A DNA stretch of 64,000 nucleotides, from the IMG/VR virus record IMGVR_UViG_3300023435_000009; one strand, given 5' to 3'. Made by a program: the position numbers and the translations under genes. The stretch comes from a virus. Taxonomy: Duplodnaviria > Caudoviricetes. Of the stretch, positions 15,801 to 23,581 are shown one piece after another (within the stretch, counting starts at the first letter, position 1; the number at the start of each line of letters is the position of its first letter). Below the pieces are notes generated by a model that was given only the letters and a program-made list of their open reading frames with translations, did not search any database and was not told the DNA's origin.

Positions 15801-16121
15801 ATGAGCGACACAACGAGGAAGCTGGCTCTGCGGTATCTGTCCCAGGGTGATTACCAATCCGTGGAAAGGCTCGGAATCGCCATGCAACGGGGAGCCAAGG
15901 AACGTGAAAAGAACGCACGTCTCTGGTCGGACCTTGCTGACAATGTAAGGCGGTTGGCTTCTACCACGATGAATGACGACCCCGCTGATTTCGAGGTTCT
16001 CCTGGATGAGATCGAGGGTGCCACCCAGCAGTTGGAACAAGAGAAGCAGTTCATTGGCTCCACCCTCGACCGTCTCTACGAGGTCGTCCGCCCCTTCAGG
16101 GCGATGCTGAGGATGCTGTGA
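15801..16121 (+). CDS. Hypothetical coiled-coil protein
   Basis: ATG right after the previous stop; N-terminal KLALRYL. Confidence 0.65.
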   Translation: MSDTTRKLALRYLSQGDYQSVERLGIAMQRGAKEREKNARLWSDLADNVRRLASTTMNDDPADFEVLLDEIEGATQQLEQEKQFIGSTLDRLYEVVRPFRAMLRML

Positions 16122-16408
16122 CAGCCACACAGAGGATAGCCTCCCGATGGCTCGCAGCGGGAGACGGGTGTCCCAACACCATGGAGAACGCAGCCGTCAT
16201 CCAGATCATCTGCAACCGCAATGGGGCTAAAGGCATCACCAACATCCTGAGTTACCTCCAGTGGTGCGGCGGCGTAGGCCACTCCTGCACCCTGAAGGAC
16301 GAGAGTTTAATGATCGGGGGAATCGACGGGGATGGTGAGGATTGCATCAAGTCCCTGACCCTGGACGGGGAAACCGTTGACAAGTGGGTAGAGAAGGATC
16401 ACCGCTAG
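16118..16408 (+). CDS. Hypothetical protein
   Basis: GTGA-coupled; N-terminal RIASRWL. Confidence 0.6.
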   Translation: MTATQRIASRWLAAGDGCPNTMENAAVIQIICNRNGAKGITNILSYLQWCGGVGHSCTLKDESLMIGGIDGDGEDCIKSLTLDGETVDKWVEKDHR

Positions 16409-16476
16409 GAGGGGCTACGTGGCCCTGAGAACCGCTGCGACGGGGAGGGGCCTACACCCGGGGACCCCTTCGGCCC

Positions 16477-17565
16477 TCACACCCCGACAGGACGCCCCTC
16501 GGACATTTCAGCAGTCTCCAGAATCTGTGCCTGAACAGTCTCCCAGGACGCTCTCGCCGTCCGCTTGGCCTTGTTCAGAAGTGCCTTCATCCGTTTGGTG
16601 GGTATCCCCTCGACGTCCGCCAATTCCTGGATGGAGAACCCCGTTGCCTTCCTCCCCAACAGTTCCAGGTAACGGGATCCCTCCGGGGTCTTCGACTGCA
16701 TTACGGATTCAACCCTGTCCCAGATGCCCTGGAACAACAGGTTGTCGTCCACAGCGTCGCTGGTAGCGGTGGTGCTGTCGTCACGAATATCCGTCCAGGC
16801 TCCGTCGCTGTCTTCCCCTCCCCACAGAATCCGGGGATCCCTGTGTGATGTCGTAACGATAAGAGAGGGGTTCAATTTGGCCCGTGCCCTTTCCGTATCC
16901 GTGCGGGCACCGTACATCTCCCGTGCCACAGGTTCTGTTCCATCGTTCCGGGCGTCCGTGTATGCGGCTCTGACGGCCCACTGGACGATATGGTAATCGG
17001 GGATCGGGAGGCCCATCATGATGCGGCTCTTCAGAGCGTTCCTGTGGATCAGTCGGACCATACAATTCTGGACATGATCCTCAACCATCCCTGAAGTAGC
17101 AGACACAAGCATCTTGGAGGCGACGGACCTATGGAGCAGGCGGAGGAAGTCCCCTTTAGTTTCCTTCAGTCTCCGGTCGATGAACAGGGCAGTTTCGTTG
17201 GGCTTGCCCCTGGACGCTTCCTCCAGGACCTGATTCTGTGTTACCCCCTCGGGGGTGAGTGCCCATTGGCCTCGGATACCCTTCACGGTCAGGGGGACCT
17301 TAACTCGGGTGTGTAGATCCTGGTAGGCGATGGAAACCTTGCGCCGAAACCCCGGAGGACCGCTGATGCCCTCAATGCGCCAGCCATCCTCAGGCTTCCC
17401 ACACAGGGAGAGCCTCTTCGGGTTGAACCCTGCCGCCCGATAAACCATCAGGAAGAGCTTATCTGTGAGGGGGACGAACACACCAGGCTGATTGTCGGTG
17501 AGGGTTCCCAACACGGTCAATACAGGGTTTCTGAAGTCACTGAAACTGGGGAGAGCAATTGTCAT
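16477..17565 (-). CDS. Sigma70/ECF-like factor with an N-terminal Mrr_N-like winged helix
   Basis: AAGGAGG RBS; N-terminal GQWALTPEG; central region-2-like EDHVQNCMVRL; C-terminal HTH GFSIQELADVEGIPTKRMK. Confidence 0.55.
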   Translation of the reverse strand: MTIALPSFSDFRNPVLTVLGTLTDNQPGVFVPLTDKLFLMVYRAAGFNPKRLSLCGKPEDGWRIEGISGPPGFRRKVSIAYQDLHTRVKVPLTVKGIRGQWALTPEGVTQNQVLEEASRGKPNETALFIDRRLKETKGDFLRLLHRSVASKMLVSATSGMVEDHVQNCMVRLIHRNALKSRIMMGLPIPDYHIVQWAVRAAYTDARNDGTEPVAREMYGARTDTERARAKLNPSLIVTTSHRDPRILWGGEDSDGAWTDIRDDSTTATSDAVDDNLLFQGIWDRVESVMQSKTPEGSRYLELLGRKATGFSIQELADVEGIPTKRMKALLNKAKRTARASWETVQAQILETAEMSEGRPVGV

Positions 17566-17678
17566 GGAAGGGCCTCCTTGGGTGACAGCCCTGGTAGGGT
17601 GTAGTCACCTCGGTTTAGCTTTGATCGGGGCGTAGACAGGGCTCGAAACGGGAGCAAGGTCCACCTCGATCACCAGGG

Positions 17679-17706
17679 ACCTTACCCCGCCCACAGAACC
17701 TGTCAA
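17679..17706 (-). promoter_or_regulatory. Sigma70-type promoter of the sigma-like gene
   Basis: TTGACA-16 nt-TAAGGT. Confidence 0.5.
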
Positions 17707-17808
17707 GGGAAAACATCCAGGTTTTTCTCTGATGTTTTGGGACGAAAGTGCTGGACGGTGATATGCTTATACTTAGACTGTGATGACGGTTGTGATGGAG
17801 GGTTACGG

Positions 17809-18903
17809 ATGAGCATCGAAATCAGAGCGGAACTGCTGAAAAGCCTGAGTGGGAAGATAGCGGACACGGAGCCTCCGGCACGACGTTTGGCAACCCGCTG
17901 GGTCAAGGGCGGCGTCGAACGAGACTTCGACATAATGTTGCGCCTCCAGGTACTGGAGGGTGTCGCAGGCGTCCCCGTGGGTACCTGGATGGAGAAGCCG
18001 AGGCCGAGGGGTCAGCTTCAGCACGCCCAGAGCTACTTCGAGGACAAGGGTCATCAGATCCCTGCAGGATGGTTTTCCCCTGGCAACACTGGGATGTACA
18101 CCACGGTCTTCCGTTGTGTGGCAAAACTTATCAACAGCTACAAGCTCCGGTGGATCGATCCCCTAGACGTCATCACGAGCAACCTCATGGGCCTCGGAGC
18201 CAACCTTGGATCGATCAAACGTCCCGCCTACATGGTGGGCCAAAAGCTCAAGAAACGGATCCTGGACGGTCAGGAAACCCCCGTCAGCATTGGAATAGGG
18301 ATGCTCTGTAAGTACTTTGGGAACAAGGTAGACGTAGAGGAACGGAAGCAGCGGGATGTCCCGTACCCTGTGGACGAGGAAGGGAACCCCATCGAGTTCG
18401 GTGAGGCTGACCCCGCAGAAGACCCCAACCTTCTTAGTTATGACCCGGACGAGTTTGGGGAGTTCCTGGCAGAGGTGGTGTTCCGCCACACCCACGATCC
18501 GGTGGGTTCTAAGGTCAGGGATCTGATGCGGGCTGCTTGGCACGACAGTCCCCCTATGCTTCAGTGGCTCAGCATTGTGGAAGGTCAACACCGTTACCCG
18601 ACCCAGAAGGAGGTAGCGGAGAAGGCAGGCATAAGGCCCTCACCTTTCCATCAGCGGCACTGGAAGCCCCGGTGGAAGAAGTTCCTCCAAGCGCTCAAGT
18701 CCAAGCCCCGCCTGCTTACTATGATGGAGGAGAAGGCCAGCGATTACGGAATCTACTGGGATGCTTCTTCCCTCAGAGGTGTAGACATGGATTCCCTCCT
18801 GTCACCTCGACCCGACCGTCCACGCCCACGTGCCGCTGCAAACAACCAGGAACAGATCAAAAGAGTGGCCTCCAGGTACATCAGCACCTTGGGACTTTCC
18901 TGA
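17809..18903 (+). CDS. Hypothetical protein with C-terminal HTH
   Basis: GGAGG RBS; YPTQKEVAEKAGIRPS; RLATRWV and RVASRYI motifs. Confidence 0.65.
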   Translation: MSIEIRAELLKSLSGKIADTEPPARRLATRWVKGGVERDFDIMLRLQVLEGVAGVPVGTWMEKPRPRGQLQHAQSYFEDKGHQIPAGWFSPGNTGMYTTVFRCVAKLINSYKLRWIDPLDVITSNLMGLGANLGSIKRPAYMVGQKLKKRILDGQETPVSIGIGMLCKYFGNKVDVEERKQRDVPYPVDEEGNPIEFGEADPAEDPNLLSYDPDEFGEFLAEVVFRHTHDPVGSKVRDLMRAAWHDSPPMLQWLSIVEGQHRYPTQKEVAEKAGIRPSPFHQRHWKPRWKKFLQALKSKPRLLTMMEEKASDYGIYWDASSLRGVDMDSLLSPRPDRPRPRAAANNQEQIKRVASRYISTLGLS

Positions 18904-18949
18904 CAGACCGCTTGACACAGCCCACCATCATAGTCTAACTGTTCCATTG

Positions 18950-19515
18950 AGTCTGTAGGCTCGATCCAACCGGATCTTGAGAATCAGTTCTGGGAGTGCC
19001 TCTTCCGCCCCGCTTCGATGTTCCCTTCGGGGAAGTATAAGTCGGGGGTCTATCTGGATGTTCCTGGGGTCAGGGACACCAGCGATGAGGGGCAATCGGG
19101 TAACCGATGGGAAAGCCGTTGAGCTAGGCCGAATGTCTCCTGGATTGAGCCCGTTCTTTGAAGAACAGACAGAGTTCCCTCTTCCTGCAGGATGTCCTTC
19201 ATCCCCTCGGAAGAGGAGGTGGCAAGACCACGTGTGCCCTACCCTTTGAGGGAGGGACCGAAAGGAGCCCATGAGGATTGAGGATGATCCTCTCGTAAGG
19301 GTTGCCCCAGCATCTCCGGTTAAACCCCTAAGGTTATGGACCCTACATAGTCTTAGGGCATCCGATAGGATGCTCGTGGAATCAGTGATAGTGAAAATGA
19401 GAAAGTTGAAAACTAGAACCTTAGAGATCGTTACCGTGAGGTGAGTGATCCTGAAACCAACGGGCGAAAGCCCTATGGCCCTTTTATGGGGCCGATCTGT
19501 ATCCAAAGACAGGTT
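18950..19515 (+). ncRNA. Candidate large structured ncRNA (~560 nt)
   Basis: No credible ORF; over 12 short hairpins with GUAA, GGAA, GAAA, GUGA and UUCG loops on the plus strand; TTGACA at 18912. Confidence 0.55.
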
Positions 19516-19634
19516 TAACCGTCTTCTCCTTCCCCTTCCCTAACCCTGTGTAATCCCTGCCCTTATCTATACCAGTGCTGGATCTCCTTGCTGGTTTTCC
19601 TCCTATGAAGGAACCTGGGTGGGAGGGATCTACG

Positions 19635-20138
19635 ATGACGACCACCTATCTTGGAGAACAGGATCTACTGCTCATCGGTTTGGGGTGTGCCTACATCCAA
19701 GCCAACAAAGCGGTAGTGGATTTCCCTACGTCTACGAGGGCACATCCCTCTGAGTGGGTGGTGATTAGCAGGAACGTCAATCCTCCTGTTGGGGAAGGTG
19801 CTGATCGGTTCTTCCCCTTCAAGGTGAGTTGGGACATGTGGCAGTATGCCGTTGTTCCACTAATGCAGGGAGATGGTGACGAACTTTGGGTACAGTTCAA
19901 GAAGGGGGACGTGGCTGACTGGGAGACCTTGGTACGGGCTTGGGCTGCTCTCTTGAGGGAACAGGTCAATCCTACTGAGGTGTCCGTTTTAGACGCTGAG
20001 TTCCTGGCTTCCCTGATTGGGGAACCGATCCTAAGAGGCCCTCTGGCCCTGAGTGGGGACTCAGCCTACCCGGTTGTGGATCCCCAACTCGCATGGATCG
20101 ATGGACATCAACGGTTGCAGTACCCGGAGGTAGACTAA
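19635..20138 (+). CDS. Hypothetical protein
   Basis: GGGAGGG RBS before ATG 19635. Confidence 0.65.
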   Translation: MTTTYLGEQDLLLIGLGCAYIQANKAVVDFPTSTRAHPSEWVVISRNVNPPVGEGADRFFPFKVSWDMWQYAVVPLMQGDGDELWVQFKKGDVADWETLVRAWAALLREQVNPTEVSVLDAEFLASLIGEPILRGPLALSGDSAYPVVDPQLAWIDGHQRLQYPEVD

Positions 20139-20350
20139 TGATTGATAAACAGACAGAACCCAAGAAGACGGTGTGGATCTCCTGTAGGGCGAATGAGAAG
20201 TGTCCAGGCAACCAGGCTGAGATCATTTCCAGCAGGACCAACCGTCCTGTAGGAGCTATTTCCATTGGGTCCTTCAATGCGGAGCAGGGTGGGACATTCA
20301 CCCGGTACCGCTGTCTCACTTGTAAAGGTGTCTTTCAAATCACCACCTGA
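20138..20350 (+). CDS. Small Zn-ribbon-like protein
   Basis: TAATG coupling; C-x5-C ... CLTC. Confidence 0.6.
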   Translation: MIDKQTEPKKTVWISCRANEKCPGNQAEIISSRTNRPVGAISIGSFNAEQGGTFTRYRCLTCKGVFQITT

Positions 20351-20394
20351 CGGGACTTCCTCACCCCTCTGCGAGTAGTACAGGATGATGGGAG

Positions 20395-21030
20395 GTGTCC
20401 GTGTCTTCATGTCTTCTCTTTCATGGTCCTGGGGCAAAGATGGCAGCCTGTGGTGAGGCAGCCCGGATCGGTTATTTGCTGGTCCCGCCTGTAGGTGATG
20501 AGGGACGGGGTCTGAAGGTGGCGGAAGCTCGGGAGGTCGTGTCTCTTCTCCAGTCCACCCCGTTGGGTACCCGCAGGGCGGTTGTGGTTGTCGGGCCTAT
20601 GGATGGAACGGCGACACTCAAGTCTTCGGACGCCCTCCTCAAGACCGTAGAAGAGGGTGGTAGTGGTTACGTCACACCCCTTCTATGGGCCAATGACCTG
20701 GGGGAGGTGCCCGGAACCATCCGCTCCCGTTGTCTGGATCGCTGGGCACCCAACAAAGAGCCGGACGTGATAGATGATAACATCTCCTCCGCAGCTTGGT
20801 CCGTGGTGCATGCGGCAGTTAAGGGGGACCAGGCGACTGCAATCGATGGTCTTCGGATTATAGGGGGCAAAAAGGCACCTGTTGGGGTGTTCCTCCAAGT
20901 GGTTGCAGAGTGCCTGAGTGATCAACTGGATAACGAGCGCAGCAGGGCACTTTGGGACCGGGTTAGAATGGTGACGATGAAACGAGATCCAACCTTCCTA
21001 GAGGTTGTGACTGCGTTTGCAGGTTTCTGA
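20395..21030 (+). CDS. holB: DNA polymerase III delta' (clamp loader)-like
   Basis: LLFHGP, DALLKTVEE, TIRSRC. Confidence 0.8.
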   Translation: MSVSSCLLFHGPGAKMAACGEAARIGYLLVPPVGDEGRGLKVAEAREVVSLLQSTPLGTRRAVVVVGPMDGTATLKSSDALLKTVEEGGSGYVTPLLWANDLGEVPGTIRSRCLDRWAPNKEPDVIDDNISSAAWSVVHAAVKGDQATAIDGLRIIGGKKAPVGVFLQVVAECLSDQLDNERSRALWDRVRMVTMKRDPTFLEVVTAFAGF

Positions 21031-22016
21031 TGGCGAAGAATCCCACCGTAGTGGCCATTACAGGGGCGGAAGTTTTCATCCAACGGAGAGCCCTTCTGAA
21101 GGCAATAGACGTTCAGCGGAAAGCTGGATGGTCTCTGGATTATATTGACGGATCTGAATCAAAAGTAGTGGAGATCGCCGTAGGGTCTGCTGGGTGCTTC
21201 CTGGAGGTGTCACGGACCCTAGTGATCGTGTCCAACCCTGAGAAGGTGAAGTTGTCTGTCCTGGAAGGTCATGCCAAACGGGGGGACCCTAACGTGGTCC
21301 TGTTGTTGGACTACCCGAAGGATCCTAAGGCCACTACGAAGTTCGCTAAGTTCCTCCAGGGGCTAGGGAAACGGGCCGTCCAATCCTACCCCATCCCCGC
21401 CAAGGCATACCAGAAGGCAGAGGCTGCTCAGAGGTTCGTGCGGCAGGAGGCCAAGGATCGGGGGATGACTCTCCCGGAGGATCTGGCCGAGGCCATCGTT
21501 GCCCGACTGGGTCAGGATCTAGGCTTCCTCTCATTCGAGATCCTGAAGGTCTCGACTTTGGCCGAGGCTGAGGGGGTTACGGACATCACGGCCAGTTTGG
21601 TGAAGCAGAGTATGGCCCCTCTCACCCTGACTGACGTCACGGTGTTAGCGGATACGGTCCTGGCTCGTGACCCACTACAGGTCGCCAACGTTCTCAGGCG
21701 GCTCCGTCAGTCCGGTTCGGGTGACCCTACGATCTCCGTGGCGGTACAGCTTGGGAAGATCGTAGTTCGGTGGTTGAACTACGTTCTCCTTCGGGATGCT
21801 GGAAAATCCCCTGATGAGATTAGTGGCATGACTGGGATGAATCAGTGGGTTCTAAAAAACAAATTGTTGCCCCCACTTCGGAGGTGGTCAGCCAAGGATT
21901 TGGTGGCCCTGATCGGAAGTCTCGCAGAGGCACAGCGGCTTCAGTTGAGTGGGGCCTTAAGTCCCTGGACAAGCCTCTGTGCTGGGGTACTCTCCGTCTG
22001 CTCAGGGGCACAGTAG
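21030..22016 (+). CDS. holA: DNA polymerase III delta (clamp loader)-like
   Basis: Coupled to holB; delta-like layout (ITGAE.F, LVIV, AIVARLGQDLGFL.FEI.K), 328 aa. Confidence 0.75.
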   Translation: MAKNPTVVAITGAEVFIQRRALLKAIDVQRKAGWSLDYIDGSESKVVEIAVGSAGCFLEVSRTLVIVSNPEKVKLSVLEGHAKRGDPNVVLLLDYPKDPKATTKFAKFLQGLGKRAVQSYPIPAKAYQKAEAAQRFVRQEAKDRGMTLPEDLAEAIVARLGQDLGFLSFEILKVSTLAEAEGVTDITASLVKQSMAPLTLTDVTVLADTVLARDPLQVANVLRRLRQSGSGDPTISVAVQLGKIVVRWLNYVLLRDAGKSPDEISGMTGMNQWVLKNKLLPPLRRWSAKDLVALIGSLAEAQRLQLSGALSPWTSLCAGVLSVCSGAQ

Positions 22017-22077
22017 TTATGGTCAAAATCAGGGTCGACCGGTCCCAAATGAAGACTCTCGGCTCAGAAAGAATTAC

Positions 22078-22106
22078 TTGACAGTCACTACAGACTGTCA
22101 TACCCT
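22078..22106 (+). promoter_or_regulatory. Promoter with overlapping inverted-repeat operator
   Basis: TTGACA-17-TACCCT containing TGACAGTC-N6-GACTGTCA. Confidence 0.65.
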
Positions 22107-22124
22107 TCAGGTCAGGAGATAGTG

Positions 22125-22268
22125 ATGAAGAAAGACCGAAGAATCTTGATACAGTTAGATGCTGAGATGGACCAGTGGTTACGTGATGAGGCAAAAAGAC
22201 GACGATGCAGTATGGCACAAATAATTCGTGACCTGATCCTTGCCGCTATGGAAAAAACCACCCAATGA
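22125..22268 (+). CDS. Ribbon-helix-helix (CopG-like) protein, 47 aa
   Basis: MKKDRRILIQLDAEMDQWLRDEAKRRRCSMAQIIRDLI; AGGAG RBS; ATGA overlap with tnpB; below the ORF-track cut-off. Confidence 0.75.
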   Translation: MKKDRRILIQLDAEMDQWLRDEAKRRRCSMAQIIRDLILAAMEKTTQ

Positions 22269-23497
22269 TCCAACGGGCTTACAAGACCGAACTGGACCCA
22301 AACAACGTCCAACGAACGTCGTTGTTTCAGCACGCTGGAGCAGCCAGACGGGCCTATAATTGGGGATTGGGACGAAAGATCGAGGCTCATAAAGCTGGAG
22401 AGAAATCTCCCTCGGCAATCAGCCTCCATCGTGAATTGAATGCCCTTAAGAAAGTTCCCAAAGATGACGGTGGTATGCCTTGGATGTACGAGGTTTCCAA
22501 GTGCGCTCCGCAGGAAGCCTTACGAAACCTCGATAAAGCCTTCGATGGTTTCTTCCGTCGTTGCAAAACGAAAGCAAAACGTAAGGGATTTCCAAGGTTT
22601 AAGAGCCGACGTAAAGGCATCGGATCCTTTACCCTGACGGGCGCTATCCACGTTTCAGAGACCCACGTTCAACTTCCTCGTTTAGGCCACCTTCGGCTGA
22701 AAGAGCACGGATATGTTCCAATAGGCGCTAAGATTACGAGGGCTACTGTTTCCGAAAGAGCTGGGCGTTGGTTCGTTTCGTTAGCCCTTGAGGAAGAGAA
22801 CGAGAGGACCGTTGGAACCGAAATCCTCGGCGTTGATGTTGGGATCAAGTCTCTTGCTGTCTTATCGGACGGTACGGTCTTTGAGAACCCCAGAGCACTT
22901 AAGGCTGCAACACAACGTCTACGGCGATTACAAAAAGGTGTAAGCAGAAAGAGGAAGGGATCGAGGAACCGGAGGAAAGCAAAGCATCGTCTTGCTCGTC
23001 AGCATTATCGAGTTTCCTGTGTTCGTAGGGATGCGACTCATAAGGCCACCACTGCGATAGCCAAACGGTGTGCGGTTGTTGGGATCGAGTCCTTAAATGT
23101 GTCAGGAATGATGAAGAATCATTGCCTTGCTGGGGCTTTGTCTGATGCTGGTATGTCAGAGTTCCTTCGATGTCTGAAGTACAAGGTAGCCTGGCACGGT
23201 GGGGAAGTCGTAGAGGCAGATCGGTGGTTCCCTTCGTCCAAAATGTGTTCAGTTTGCGGAGAGGTTAGGCACAACTTAACCTTGAGGGATCGGGTTTTCC
23301 ATTGTGTATCCTGTGGGCACATTCAGGATCGTGATGAGAACGCAGCTTGTAATTTAAGAAATATGGCCGTCAGTTCGGCGGTGTCAGCCTGTGGAGAGGA
23401 AAGCTCTGGCTTGGTCCATTTGGACCCGGTGAAACTATCCTCAGTGAAGCAGGAACCTAACGCCAGTCAAGGCTTGTCCTTGATTGGGTTAGTTTAG
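22265..23497 (+). CDS. tnpB: TnpB RNA-guided nuclease
   Basis: N-terminal RAYKTEL..GAARRAYNWGL, ILGVDVG, GIESLNV, CSVC..CVSC, DRDENAACN. Confidence 0.93.
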   Translation: MIQRAYKTELDPNNVQRTSLFQHAGAARRAYNWGLGRKIEAHKAGEKSPSAISLHRELNALKKVPKDDGGMPWMYEVSKCAPQEALRNLDKAFDGFFRRCKTKAKRKGFPRFKSRRKGIGSFTLTGAIHVSETHVQLPRLGHLRLKEHGYVPIGAKITRATVSERAGRWFVSLALEEENERTVGTEILGVDVGIKSLAVLSDGTVFENPRALKAATQRLRRLQKGVSRKRKGSRNRRKAKHRLARQHYRVSCVRRDATHKATTAIAKRCAVVGIESLNVSGMMKNHCLAGALSDAGMSEFLRCLKYKVAWHGGEVVEADRWFPSSKMCSVCGEVRHNLTLRDRVFHCVSCGHIQDRDENAACNLRNMAVSSAVSACGEESSGLVHLDPVKLSSVKQEPNASQGLSLIGLV

Positions 23498-23581
23498 GAG
23501 AGCGGCACGGTAGGGATTTGATAATCTCATCCTCTTACTGGGTTGGTGTTCCGGTGCTTCGTACACATGGGAGGAAGATGG

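Larger units (their letters stand above)
22009..23505 (+). mobile_element. Non-autonomous RHH + TnpB element with IS607-like ends
   Basis: GG|CACAGTAG at the left junction, GGAGAGCGG|CACGGTAG at the right; no transposase. Confidence 0.65.

Noticed and set aside
18950-19515. RNase P RNA, group I or group II intron; ORFs 18928-19506(-) and 18977-19249(+)
   Set aside because: The GAGGAAAGUCC, P7 and domain V signatures were not found; the ORFs lack an RBS and protein-like features
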